Origin: Eledone cirrhosa
Lineage: Eukaryota
Reading direction: 5' to 3'
DNA: 64,000 bases
NCBI GenBank assembly: GCA_964016885.1
Contig: OZ024741.1
Location: 82,150,001-82,214,000, forward strand
Of this stretch, positions 39,700 through 54,331 are shown piece after piece. Every line of letters starts with the position of its first letter. Positions within the stretch are counted from its first letter, which is position 1. The notes beneath the pieces were generated by a model. That model saw only the letters and a list, made by a program, of their open reading frames with translations, ran no database searches and was not told the DNA's origin. A program made the position numbers and the translations under genes.

Positions 39700-42288
39700 A
39701 GACAGTTATTTATGCAGCACAGCAGTAATAGAAAGGAAATATTTGTTAAGGTAAAAACAGAACATGGCAAAACCACCCTACCATGCAAAAAGTCCACGAA
39801 GGATAAAAATCGAGAAGGAAATTGAAATGATGAAGGGAAAAATCTCGATACTGGATAAAATATGTCCTGGGTAATATGTCAAATCAGGAAAATGGAGGAA
39901 AGTGATTAAGAAATAAAAAGTCAGTTCAAAACCTATATTCTATCAATCGAAGAAAACCTGAAACAGAAAGTACAGCTGAAAGTTCAAAGAATCAGTAAAT
40001 CTGAAAAGAAAAATAGGTTTTACAGTTAAAATGAATTGTTTATGTCAGATGAAAATAATATTTTACAGTGAAATTGAGACACAGACAATTCAAGTAACAG
40101 AACATTCTTAAATGTATGAAATTGAAGAATTTTGAAAACACTATGGAGTACAAAACAATCCTATAATGCGAATACAGAATGGATAAAGAACATGAAAGAA
40201 ACATTCAATAATTTAGAAAGGCAGAATTGGCAAGCCATAATGGAAGAACTGAAGATAGCACTAAAGAATGCCAACAAATGGAAATGTGATGCATTGAGAA
40301 AGTGCCAAACGTCTGATTATCTTCACCAACTGCTACCCATGCAGTAAAATGTTATAACGAAATTATGCACAACCTTGAGAAAACTGCTGATTTGTTTGCA
40401 TAACGTATGACATATCTCTTGCCAAAATCGACAGAAATAAATATTTCAAAAAATTATCGCCCATTACTTGCCTTCTCCCATCATTCAAGATTCTCACGTC
40501 AATCTTGACTGATACAACCGTTAAATTTATGGATGGAAATCGGCATTTCCTTACTGAGTAGAAAGGCTGTAGCCCTGGGTCTTACGGTTGCAAAACCAAA
40601 GTTTCATTAATCTCATGATTGTGGAAAACAATTATTAACAAGCATAGAAGTTTGAGTAGTGCTTGGTGTAACTATGGAAATATATTTGATAGTGTTCTCA
40701 CTGTTGGAGTTGAAATCTTTGAATGTTCTCAATATTTCAACAATAATATCAAACTTCCCGAAATACAACATGTCTGTATTGAAAACAAATCTATCACTGT
40801 CAGATAGGAACTATACATTCCAGCTTTATCCGTATTAACAGTGGTATTTTTCAAAGTGGTTCGTTTTCTCCACTGATGTTGTGTATTGCACTCCCACCGA
40901 TGTCTCATGCGCCCAGGAAAACAAACTATGGCTAGAAAAAGTATAACAACGCCATACATATTCGGTTTTATATGGATAGTTGTAAGTGTATGACACAATG
41001 AAAGTGTCGTAAGTATGAACGGAAGTAAGGAGTGTCGAAGAGAGTTAAGGTCATTAGTGATTTGTAGAGACGGACTTTGGATTGGGAAAATTCTCCATAA
41101 CTATATTAAAGAAAGGCAGAATGACAAGCACAAACTCAATGGCAATAAATGAGGAACTAGAACAGCAACAGATCTTCAGATATCTAGAGATCAACTAAGG
41201 CCGAGGTATTTATTCTTTCAGCGTGAAAGTGAGAATCAGGTATGAATGTTAGTGGGGAGTACGTGCCTCCTTGAAAACTGAGCACAACTCAAAGAATTAA
41301 AAAAAACACATACTATAAATGCACCTACAATCCCAGTTGTCCCCGAATCACAATATAATAAATTGAAACGCTAATGAAATAAAGAAAATGGACACCTAAA
41401 CCATAGAACTTCTGACCTGTAATCAACTGTATCACCTAGAAACAAGTGTGGATCACCTCTCGGTTCCTAGACAAAACGGGAGTAAGGGAATAATTCAGCT
41501 TGAGCTGTCATGCGAAATATCAACTATTGGACTCTAACAATACCTTAGTGCTGGATGCTGAAAATGCTTGCAGATCACGAAAGGAAGAAATTTCATTCAA
41601 TCACAAAGGAAAGCAGGAAATTTATGGAAGAACTGGAAATGCATTTTGAAAATGATGGTGATTTTTCAATTACAGCTGAAAGAAAATAAAAAGTTTAACA
41701 AAACATGAATGTCAACAGATACTGCCCCCAATGAGAGCAAAAACCATTGCATTACCAGTATGTTTCCGTAGCAAAATATATGATGTTGATTAAACTTTCC
41801 CCCATCAGGAGCAGCTGTGTTCTGGCTAAAATCAGAGAGTGAGCGCTACATTTTGGCTGTAAAAGACCAGTATCTTTCAACGCACAACTGTCAAGGCCAT
41901 GTGATTGGAAATGAAACACACCGAAAGTTTCGATTCTGCAATTAGCATGTTGAGTTCATTGGCCCCCCAGTTTCAAGCTGCAAAGTATCATAACCACAGG
42001 AATATAACATGGGGTTTGTTAGAGTAGGGCATTATTTATATGTGTAATACATAGTTTTTATGGTGTAAAAACAGAAGGAAAATAGTACAACTATCATTCA
42101 GATCCAGAAACATGAGGTACAAAGTGACAATCCTATATGAATTCCCTGTGGACACTGACAGAACGATCAGGGCCAACATACCTGATTTAATTGTGAAGGA
42201 ATAGAAAAAGAAAACATTCTCCTAAATTGACATGAGCATTCCATCAGATCGTAACGAACGTGTTCCGAAAGCTCAGTAAATCTAAAGA
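39700..42288 (+). mobile_element. Decayed R4/Dong-like LINE (RT plus RLE)
   Basis: NYRP(I)TCL, GIFQSGSFSPL, FRYLEI, TDRTIRANIPDLIV in order; many stops and frameshifts. Confidence 0.8.
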
Positions 42289-42389
42289 TCTTCTTCTTCT
42301 TCTTCTTCTTCTTCTTCTTCTTCTTCTTCTTCTTCTTCTTCTTCTTCTTCTTCTTCTTCTTCTTCTTCTTCTTCTTCTTCTTCTTCTTC
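42289..42389. repeat. (CTT)n microsatellite
   Basis: Seen directly. Confidence 0.95.
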
Positions 42390-43293
42390 GTACTGTTAAT
42401 GTTTTCTTTAAATTTTGAAAGAGCTAGTTGGATACCTGCAAATATAAATTTATTTCAAAGTATTTATATACACTTTATTTCATGTTAACTGGAACATCCA
42501 GTTAGATGATCGTATAGATTGCTCTACAGTATTAGTTCCGGCTCTCAGCACACTCAAATCACGAGTTCACGGTCCATAGACATAGATCTATGTCAACAAG
42601 AATATTCATGGAACAGTAACTGGGAACAGTCTATGGGACAAAGCAAAATGAGCCTCTCTTATGGCATGCATCATATGTAGAAACTGAACATTAGAAAGTG
42701 AATTTATTCAAATGATCTTTTTACTATGGATTTCTGTTAGCTACATTCAGGATACCATGAGTGAACTATTGACGTAGCCTCTACTTTGATGCTCGAGTAA
42801 CTGGATATAGCATGTCTTCCATCGTAGTCTACCATTTCAAAAAAGCAGACAGATATTCTAATAGGAAAGCCTTTCATCAGAATGTTACTCCAATGAGCTT
42901 GGGATAAACAACAAAAACAATAAACCAAGTGGTCATAGCTGGCGCGAGTCTTGGTCAGAAGTCTGTCCGATCAATGCTGAACTGCAATTGAATAGCAGCC
43001 AACTACAGCATAAATTTTAATAAAAGTAGACGATTTGATTTTCAAAAGAAAAGGAGAAAAAGCGACTAATTTCATTTTACGTTCTATAAATGACATCTAT
43101 CTCTGTTATTTCATTCTTTAGCACAAACATCACTACCATAAATTTAGTTGATATATGTCTGCACTAATCGGTCACAAGATTTATTGGTGAGTGGTGAATA
43201 TTCTAGTTTGTAAACGCACGCATTTGATTGCTGTGATTGTACGCCTGCATGTACGTACTTTTCTCTGAGGCTGTATGTGTGTGTGTATTTGTG

Positions 43294-43310
43294 TGAGAGA
43301 GAGAGAGAGA

Positions 43311-43376
<66 letters not shown>
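43294..43376. repeat. (GA)n microsatellite; another at 44509-44584
   Basis: Seen directly. Confidence 0.95.
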
Positions 43377-43379
<3 letters not shown>

Positions 43380-44505
43380 TGAGAGACTCTGTGAGAGAGA
43401 GACAGGAATTGTGAGAGAGGGAGAGATGCTGTGTTATGCAGTGTGTGTATTAGTGTTTGAAATAAGTTATTTGTGACACAATGAAAATTTGATTATCAGC
43501 AGAATACATTTATTGAATTAACAATGAGTAATTCCTTGCGCTGTTCGGACTTCTTTATGTCGGCATGATTATCTGTAGTCTTGTCGACAGTTTCTGTTTA
43601 AATAACCAACGCTAATACTCAAGATTTATGCGAAATATTGGCAGTCGAACAGGAAGACGAGGACAGTTCCAATTAGAATAAAATTTGTTACTTAAAAGTA
43701 ATGTTGTTGTTGTTATATCTTCAGAGGATACTGCTCCATTTATTTTTTTTATTAGTAAGGTTTTTGTTGTTGACTTCCATCCGTTTGTACAATAGTACGT
43801 TTGTTATAGAGAAAAATTATCTTTGGGGTAGAGGAATATTTGTTACTTAAAAATGATGTTTTTGCTACATTTTGTAGTTGTTGTTACTGTTGATTTTTAA
43901 GTGGATACTGGTATATTTTTATTATTGTTATTAGTTATATTTTGGTTATTCTCCATCCATTTGCAAATGGTATGTTTGTTGAATAGAGAAAATGTCCTTG
44001 GGTTCGAGGAAAACTTGTTTGAATATTTTAGTTGTGCTTTGTTAAGTGAGTCTGCTGTGTATTTGATGTATTTTTGTTATTATATTTTGTTATTGTTATT
44101 ATTGTTAAGTTTCAATTTACAACACTTCTCCTTGGGATAGGATAAATAACCGCCCAATACTAGCTCACTTGCCAAGTAACAACAAGACATGTTATTCAAT
44201 ATTCAATGAAAACAATGCTAGTTATTTTTGTTTTTAGTTATATTGTGTTAGCTATTGTTGCTATTATTATTAATGAGGTTATTAGGTTTCATTAATTTTT
44301 TCTTGGAGAACGGTAAATTTTTAAGCCATTTTCGGTCATAAGCCAAGGCAAAATGTTTATCTTTCACACAGATTAATCGAAAGCTATACAACAGCAGCAC
44401 AAAAACGGGGAAGTGATATGAACAACAATCTGTCCATGGACCTTGAACACAAGGTGCCATCGGATGCATTTAAACCAGGTGGAGCTCAACCCTCTCTAAG
44501 AGAGG

Positions 44506-44587
<82 letters not shown>

Positions 44588-47015
44588 AATAGAATTCTAA
44601 TAGAGAAAGCGAGAAAGAGAAATAACCGAAGAGTTTTGGCATTTTATTTTTCGTTCTCAGAAGAATAAAACAGTACATTTGACACTGCAAACCGTAAAAA
44701 CCTTACGATATTTTGTCGAGTTTGCCAATCCACCGACCGTACGATCAGCAATATGTTACGATAAGTAAATAAATCCAGCCTCTAACTTCCTTTAAGTAAT
44801 TAACATAAATAAATATGTCTTAGCTTTAGTTTTATTCTGTTTTAAATAGATGCGTCTTTCGTTGAATGAAAATACAACGACTTTATATGAACTACATCAA
44901 CATTAATTTAAAGATAAAACACATCCAACATTTTATTATTTAACGAAATGTGCAAGCAAATCATTGAATAAATAATGATGATAAATTAGGATAAAGTGAT
45001 TAATGTATTTCTACGGGAGACTAATTGCTTGCTCTGTTTGGGTCAGCTGATCTGACGTTTTGTGAAAAGTGTAACCAGAAACTCTTCCTAAACCGTTATC
45101 AATCAAAGTTAGTGATGTAATTCCATACCTACTTCTAAAACGACGCTACAATCTGCTTGATTACTTTACTAATGAAGAGCGGAAAATGTCCAAATAGTTG
45201 GTATTGAGTGACCGATTTTATTTTTGCAACGATCGCCATTGAAATCTCGGTTCCAAGGATTCAGCGTGGAAGATGAAGTTGACCAAATACGAAACATTGA
45301 CTAATCCGATTCGTTATTCTGCCTCCACAATTTAGACCTCTAGTCCCCTGCCTTCCGTTCTACCAAAAGAAAAAAAAAAATAATGGAAAGAGCCCTATGA
45401 AGTGAACTGGCAGGTGAAGCGAATATTACTGGCTGTTCTCTGCGGAAACTATATCACTATCTCGTCCCCGAACGTAGTTAAAAGCAGACGGCTAGGTAAT
45501 TTTAGGATCTGAGTCCAATGAATTTCCGTTTCTTTTTTGTCATGGGTAAAGTTATATCAATATACCAGATGAATAACAGTAACTTGTGCCATTCAAATGT
45601 TATTCCTGTTTCTCATATTTCCATTAGAAAAGTATTTTAAGCTAGAAAAGAGCTGTTGATTTGTTGGTACAAAATCAGCGCTCATGTACTAGGCGTATAT
45701 ACAAAATATTCTACTGGCAACCCACTCGTTGTTTTCGACTGTCTTTTTATGTTTCAGATATATTGTATCTAGGTTCAATGTTTTGTATACTGTTTTGAAT
45801 AGGTAGACCCTAAACCTGTATATCGTAAAATACAACTATAAACGTTGGCGTCAGCGTGAGCATCAGGAAAATATTGATTCAAAATCAACTTCGCGATAAG
45901 CATGTCTCATGCTAGGTTAATTGCTACTTTATTTGGGAATGGCTTTAAAACGCTTAATTACATATATTGTATCAACGATATTGTTTGCTAGCCTCCCATC
46001 AGTTCCTAGTAGATTGCCAGTGTGGTCAATATAGGATATTACACAAAGATTGATACTTTTTTAAAACACAGAACGCTACAAATTAGGAGAACGTTAACTG
46101 CTAATTTAAACATCTTGAGCGACTGAGTTTAGGGTTTTCTTCTCAGCTGTTTTAATATGAATGTGTATCGGAGTTAACCAAACGTCAAGTAGGTGACGCG
46201 GGAAACGTAGCCAATACACTAGCGTGGTACGTGGTGTAAAGATGAGATGCAAATGAATTATAGATGAAGTGTAGAAGAAGTGTACAGCAACCAACTATAA
46301 GAGGGCTGTGTACCTATTTACGACCGAGTGAATTGGGATTTATAGATAAGCGACATAGGACATAACTAATAGAAATACAATGATAAGAGATAAATCACAA
46401 TTCTATTTATTTATGCTTCACATAGCTTATCCTTTCAACGATACTTATTATTTAGTTTCATTATATAGGTACCTGGTCTTCTATGTGAATTGATATATAT
46501 GATGCAAAAGTTAGTTGTTTAGCCAGGGAACATTATTAAGTCTCACATATTCTATGCTACGATATCAGATCAATTTACCTTACGGACCAAATAAACCTTT
46601 GAAGAAGCCACTATTCAGTTGTGCAAATCCATGGCGGATTTTCAACGCGGGAACTACAAAATAGTCAGTCAACCTCTACGCAGCTTCCCAAACTGCTAGG
46701 AATATCTAAGAACTCGCACTCAAATCCCACTCGATCGATTAAATAACAATGCAAATAAACTGTGAATAATGATCTTCTTGCAGTGTGTGTTGAGCGTTAA
46801 GTATTGTGTCCAGCTTTCTGCACATGTACAGAATTGTTAAGAGTGTACAGAACAATAATTGTCTGCTCGAAGAAATAACATACGCATTCCCAAGTCACAA
46901 TCGATTGCGAGTCACAAACGATGTTAGTAATTTACATTAAAAGAAAAAAGTGCAAAAGTCACGAATAGAGTGGAGCATTTTAAACATAGATATTCTGAAT
47001 CAGTGTTGCAGTAAA

Positions 47016-47135
47016 GATAATGATGATAATGTTGATGATGGTGGTGGTGATGATGATGATGACGGTGATGATGATGATGATGATGACGACGATGATAATT
47101 ATGATGATGATGTTGTTGATGATGATGATGATAAA
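47016..47135. repeat. (GAT)n microsatellite
   Basis: Seen directly. Confidence 0.9.
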
Positions 47136-47295
47136 TAATGGTGGGTGTTAATTATATTGAGAATGATTTGAATGACAATCAAGGTGGTTTAGACATTTGA
47201 CTGCTGAATAATCATTAACATTAAACATTCGCACATACACAGACACCAGCACACACATATATACACACATACATACATACATACATACATACATG

Positions 47296-47362
<67 letters not shown>

Positions 47363-47835
47363 CATCTAGCAGATGACATTACGTAAATTAAATGGGGTTT
47401 AACTTTTCTAAAAAAACTCATTGGTATTCCGAGCAAAAATACTAGAGCATTCGAGAAAGCGTAATCGCGTGAAAATGAATATAGTATATATATAAAATAA
47501 AGTGAAACAAAATTAGTATAATTTTAGAAAATAAATATATGAATCCAGTTTCTGTTTTCAAATGACGCTTTAAAAGTTTAAATGAAAAAGGAAAGAACGT
47601 ATTTTATTTAAAGCAGCCATTCTAGATAAGAATCTACGATGTCATTCTGGAATGTTCTAGATCGTAGAAAATTGTAGAATCTAGAATGTATCAAGAATAT
47701 CTGTAGCCATTCCCTCCATTTGTTATATGATACTTTTGTGTTTGAGTATGATTTATTGTTTGTAACTGATACTTACTAATTTGAATAGGTACTACATTTC
47801 TTTTTCCTTTTGATGTTATCTAATTCTGTATTTTA

Positions 47836-48280
<445 letters not shown>

Positions 48281-48944
48281 CTTGATTTTCTCTTTTTCTC
48301 TCTCATCATTTAGTTTGGTGTGCTTCTTTATCTATCTGTCCATCTATTTGGTCCACCTATCTGCTCATCTCTTCCTCTCATTCTTTATCTCTTACTTTTA
48401 TTCAACAGCGTATTCTAGCGATAAACATCCACCTGAACACCAAACGCACAATTGCAGTAACACAAGACCTCGCACACACACTTACACCCACTTATAGACA
48501 CTTTCACATACTTACACACAATTACACACTGGATATGAAAATAAACATTGTGTGGAAAGAGATAAAACTATGGCGAATTGTTGTCTTTGATCTAACGTTT
48601 ATTTTTTTATCCTGTGTTTCGTCAATTTTCATTTCGCTTGCACTGATAAATATCCTTAGTAAAGTGACGTATCATCTGAAACATTTGCTTCTATTTCTTA
48701 TAAAGTCAAACAGTGGTTGTTCTTCTATTAAGGAATATAACCTTGGCTATGAAAAGGTCAAATAATTAAATGTCTATTGATATAGTGTACATGCATTTTA
48801 TGGGAACGCACACACATATATATGTATATACATATATACATATATATGTGTATGTGATGTGTGTTTGTGTGTGTGTGTGTGTGTGTGCGTGACTATATAT
48901 ATACAGAGAGAGAGAGAGAGCGAGAGAGAGAGAGAGAGAGAGAG

Positions 48945-48985
<41 letters not shown>

Positions 48986-49034
48986 AGAGGACATAATTAG
49001 TTGATTCAGGTTTATTTAAAATTCCGTTATACAC

Positions 49035-49832
49035 ATTTCACTGAGGACTATCAAGGATACGTACTGTCACTTCTCCTGTTCATTATATTCATGAACAAGA
49101 TTGACATGCCCAGCCAGGTTGGAAGTGGTATCACGCATGGCTGGTGTAAAATTATTCGGCTGGAATTGCAGGCGTCTTGGTGTTACTTACCTCGATAGCA
49201 GGTGATCTTCGACTTGCACATGTTAGGTTTGATGCCAAGTGCTGCATGGCGAGAATGAACATCAAGGCTGCGAAAACTAATACGCTCATCTTCTCAAGGA
49301 AGTCTGCGTAGAGCACCCTCCATGATTTCCACTGAAGCAGGTGGAAAAGTTCCAGTATCTCAGACCCGTCTTCACAAGTGATGGAATGCAGTAGGCTAAA
49401 TTAAGTGCAGGAATTTCTGGAGTAATGGGCCAGCGTCACCATTCCACAATCAGAATAATAGTTATAGGTGTAAAACCCAACTCGCTATCATCAATTCCTT
49501 ATTTGTGCCAACACTTACCTATTGTCATGAATCTTGGGGCTTGATTGAAAGAATGCGATCACGAATACAAGCGGCCCAAATGGGCTTTCTCTGAAGTGTC
49601 TTAGCAGCAACTTTACTCGATAGATTGGGTAACTCGGAAATCAGAGAGTCGCTTCAGAGAAAGAGACTATTTCTCAAAATTGAGAGATAACAGCTCCGAT
49701 AATACTGGTATGTGGCTGGAATGCCTCATGAAAGAATTGTTGGACAGATTTTAGTGAGCAAAATCAGCCTGCGGGAGACCCTGGGGTAGACCTCTAGCAA
49801 AAGGGTTGGATAACATCTATGAGCTTGGCTGC
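49035..49832 (+). mobile_element. RTE-clade LINE 3' fragment, same family as 33905-34735
   Basis: QGYVLSLLLFIIFMNKID, VEKFQYL..FTSDG, PTLTYCHESW; shares (c)cagg/ctgggttggaagtggtatc with 34151-34172. Confidence 0.82.
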
Positions 49833-49851
49833 TATGTGTGTGTATGTGTGT

Positions 49852-49895
<44 letters not shown>

Positions 49896-50067
49896 AAACT
49901 TCCTTCCCTAAATTTGTCACACGACTCTTATGTGTATCTGTTCTCTCCTTATCCGAAATTTCCTGAAGAAGAACTTCCGTTCAAATTGTTGATACCTGCT
50001 CGTCTGCCACCAAGCTTGAGCCTGATATAACGGTACAATTGCCTCCTGTTTTATTTTATTTATTTAT

Positions 50068-50131
<64 letters not shown>

Positions 50132-50439
50132 TTCACCAAGCTTAAGCTTACAGATATCATGTACTTGTCTCTTCCTATATTTCCGTTGCAATACCATCGT
50201 TGTTTGTTTACATGTCTCGCTCGTTTCACCCTATTTTACTTCTCCCAATAACTTTACTTAGTTATTGCTCGCACCAACTAGAGGTGTATGATTTTTAAAG
50301 CGATGAAATACCAATGAAAGTTGGAAGATCACTGATGAAGGATTAATTTTATTCATATTTAACCCATGTGCAGCTCTCAATTTTTCTCATATGTATATAT
50401 GTATATATAGTTTCGTTGACAATTATACTAATGTGCACA

Positions 50440-51940
50440 GACACACAGATATATTGTCCTTGGTATGACATGGCCTGGGCATCTTGGGTCCAGATAGCCT
50501 TAACCATAACATGGTAGATAGATCAAACATAATATAGTGAATAATGGGAGCGCATCGCGTGGACTACGTCCCACATGATCGATCAGACCCCGGTACGGTT
50601 TGAATCGAACAACGGGTTTGCCCCAAGCGTCCCGGGGATATCTAATGAATCCGCCCTTTATGACGCGAGCTGCCTCCCATTCTTTTCATAAGCGCACAAC
50701 GACTTCCTGCGTTCGTATTTTGGCAACCGTTGGGAGTTACTAATGAGAAGGTAAATATTGAAATTGTGGAATATGATTGTGCTGCAAATATGATAAATTA
50801 TTAAACCACATTTAAGGCAAAGTGTGACAGTTGATATTGACTTCCAGCCGACCCAGGAGGGGTTATACCCGACTGTAAAAGGATTACAACCTCCAGATTC
50901 AGTGATCTTCACGAAAACCACGTGCATTGTTGTCGTGAGTTTACTATATCTTCTGCAGTACTTGCACACACCAGAAATTTACACTTTTTCTAATAAGCTC
51001 GCCTATTAACCTAACCGTAACTGCTTTTCCTTCCCTCTGCCCTAGGTAATTCCATAGGCGGAGTCTTTTATATACGCTATCTGTCTACGAGACTAACTAG
51101 CCATTACGAATAGCATTTACTGTAGTATATTTACATATGGTATGGCACTTTAGCGCGATGCCGACTAGGGCATACTGTGTATTTCACGTGGGACATTGGG
51201 TTGCGTAACCGAACGTGAAGACTGTGAGAGATAGCAGATATTGTGGACCCGTCTTATTTCCACTTCCTTCATTGGGGTGCCAGCAGTGCATGTACCCTGC
51301 TTTAGCTCAGTTCATTGTATTCTGTTTGGGATTTAAGGTGTTTGTTGCAGACTGCCTCTGTGGAAAAATCCTCTATGGAAACCTACTTTTATGCGCCTCA
51401 TACTTGGAACTGGAACCAATGGATAGAGGGTGGTGGCAGGATATGGAGAAATCAACCTGTTATAACGCGATAATACAGTAGTGCACTCTCTTTCCTATAA
51501 ACGATCCTGGCTGTAAACTGCACCACCGCTAACCAAGTTTTCTGTTTACTGACTCCTGCTTACAAGCTTTCATACTCTGCCTGTAAATCATGTACTTGCA
51601 CTGCTTGTGAATTGATGTATCTATTCTTGGTTTGTTTTTTGATCATGCTGAGTAACACCCTCATTCATTTCTTGCTCTCCTCTCTCTACCTCATTATGAT
51701 CTATTGCACCATTTATGTGATAAACTTTTGATGTAATTTTTTGTGACATTATATGTATCATATATTGTGTGCCCCCTACTTGTCCTTCTTCCTTGTTCTG
51801 GTGACTAGGTTCGATGGAGCCTGCAACCTTTGATATACTTTTGTTTACAAGCTCTGATGATTCCTGTCCTAGGGTATGGATGAAACATTGTTAGCAAATA
51901 AAACAATGTATTTCTAAGCACTCTTTGGTTATTCCTAAAC
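50440..51940 (+). mobile_element. Probable decayed PLE ending in a hammerhead-bearing pLTR
   Basis: Hammerhead at 51851 followed by AATAAA and (TA)n; coding relics weak. Confidence 0.45.
51851..51895 (+). ncRNA. Minimal type I hammerhead ribozyme
   Basis: gct-CTGATGA-ttcc...ggat-GAAAc(att)gTT-agc; short stem I; weak GUU triplet. Confidence 0.55.
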
Positions 51941-51960
51941 TTATATATATATATATATTT

Positions 51961-52014
51961 CAGATCTAGCTGTCAAATCGGTTGGAGCTCAGCCGTCGGG
52001 GTCCTGACTGTTTT

Positions 52015-52020
<6 letters not shown>
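51961..52020 (+). mobile_element. 60 bp remnant of the Naiad pLTR end
   Basis: ggagctcagccgtcggggtcctgactgttttccta between (TA)n tracts. Confidence 0.7.
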
Positions 52021-52057
<37 letters not shown>

Positions 52058-52061
<4 letters not shown>

Positions 52062-54120
52062 GTAGGAAAATGGAAACACGCGGTGCAAGGAAGCTGTTAA
52101 AACAGCAAAATGCCATCAAAGCAGCGTTGGGTAAATCATTATACCTCGAACGACAGAAATCAGTGGCTCAAAATGAGTTGACTCGAATAAATGTTAGGAA
52201 GGATGATGTTAGAATGGATGAAAAGAGATCACAAATATTAAAGTACGCTCCTCAGATTTTAGACGTATCTATTTTCATCCATTCTAACATCTTCCTTGCT
52301 AAGATTTATTCGAGTCAACTCACATCGAGCAGCTGATTTCTATCCTTCGATAGTATTTTGCTGTTTTAACAGCTTTCTTGCGCCGAGATTTTCAATTTTC
52401 CTACGAATTCTAATACACTCGCGTTTCAAAACTCGATATTCTGTCGAGTGCTTCTCATCTATTGTAAAATTGTATTCGTTGAATAATCAACGAACCGTAT
52501 TATTCTTTGGTCATACTTTGGTCTTAGAAGGTAGAGCGCTTCTTCTACAATAGCTTCCAAATAAATGATGGAATTCTTCAGGATTTCTACATCTTTCAAG
52601 GATATACCACTACCCCCAAGTGATGAGTATATGAGACAGCTTATTTGAAAAACAAACTCCTCCATAAGAAGACTGCGGTGACGTGCTTTCCATTTTAAAA
52701 ATAAAGAAAAATTGATAAGATATTAGTGAAATCGGATAAAACGAATAACCTATATGGGATGGAAAGAGTAAAATACAATGATTTAATTTTAAAAGAACTG
52801 AGGAAATATTATAAAAAAGGCCTCAAGCGAGGATTTATTGGACATGAATAAGGTGGCCTTCAAAATTATCACCAACCTAGGAATAAGCGGAAAACAGAAC
52901 CTTTCATACCTAAACAGCTACGGATTAACTTGAAATACCATAAAATAAACTTTGAGGAGGATTTACCAGTTAGACTCATAGCACCTTCTAAATCCGATCT
53001 TGGAATAATTAGTAAAAATATAATTGATAGGACCAACACTTAAATTGAAATCACAGCTAAATCTATGGAAAGGCACAAGTGGAGTTATAGATTGGTTAAA
53101 CAATATTGGTTTAAAATAATTATAAATTTATTCAAATGGATATATATTATTCAAATGGATATATATTCCTCGATAACTCCCAATCTATTAAATAAGGCGC
53201 TATCATATGCATACAAACACACAGACCTATCTAGTGAGGAGATAAATATGATATTAACAGCAAGGCGAACCTTGATTGATTTCAATAATGATAGGGCTGA
53301 TAGACCGAAGAATTTTTACATTACGATTGGTTCGTCAGATTCGGCTCAGGTTACGGATCTTGTGGGCATTTTTATCCTTAACATGATAAATAGAAAATTG
53401 CCGGAGATTACGACATACTATTTATTGTAGAAAAACATAACAATAGTGAATTAAATAGAGTAAAGGAAGCAATTATAGATTTTTTTTTAATTATGACCTG
53501 AAGATAGAAATAGAAAATAATAATAAAATAGTCAATTTTTTAGATGTGACTCTATATCTGAACCCAGGCCTTCATTATCCTTTCCATAAAGTCAATCAGA
53601 ACTTAAACTATGTTAGTTTTTATTCTAATCATCCTAAAAGTGTTAAGAATGCAATAGTCAACAGTGTACAACAACGAATATCCAAGCTCTCTGCTAATAG
53701 TTCCATATTTAATAGTAAGGCTATATATTATAATGAAGCGTTACATAAAGCTGGATATAACAATAACATTGAGTATAAACATAAAAATACAGAAATCCTT
53801 CAAAATAAAATTAATTAAAATCATAATAATCATAATAAAAATGAATATAAAAACAACAACTAGATGAATAAATCGAAGAAAATAATAAGAACTAGATCTA
53901 TAAGTTGGTATGCTACGTAAGCATCTTTAGCTATTAATGCACCTGTAGCACATTTATTTTTTAAAGCTTTCGATAAATGCTTTCCTAGCTCTCATAAATA
54001 TTACCCTATCTTCAATAGACACACAGTTAAACTATCTTACACAACAACTATGAATATTGCTCAAAATATTGTAAAAATAAAAAAAATCTTAAATCGAACC
54101 AATCTCTAATAAGCAATAAT
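52058..54120 (+). mobile_element. Naiad-type PLE, 5' portion (inverted 5' end, RT), truncated at the poly-Asn linker
   Basis: Fold-back 52058-52230/52267-52407; VRLIAPSKSDLG, DIYSSIT, ITIGSSDSAQ, VNFLDV, SNHP, TVKLSY. Confidence 0.85.
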
Positions 54121-54138
54121 AATAATAATAATAATAAT

Positions 54139-54320
54139 AATTGTTTCTACTTTTGGCACAAGGCCGGCAATTACCCAGTGCATTACTGGTACTTCATTTT
54201 ATCGACCCCGTAAGGATGAAAGGCAAAGTCAACCTCGACGGGATTTGAACTCAGATCGTAAAGGGACGTAACTATGCTGGAAAGCATGGCGTCCGACCCT
54301 CTATCGATACTGCCAATCCA
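54139..54320 (-). mobile_element. SINE family A
   Basis: Reverse complement of the consensus; (AAT)n on both sides. Confidence 0.9.
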
Positions 54321-54331
54321 ATAATAATAAT

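Noticed and set aside
42737-42985. Minus-strand exon candidate after ttgcag
   Set aside because: No convincing frame or donor; could be UTR but unsupported
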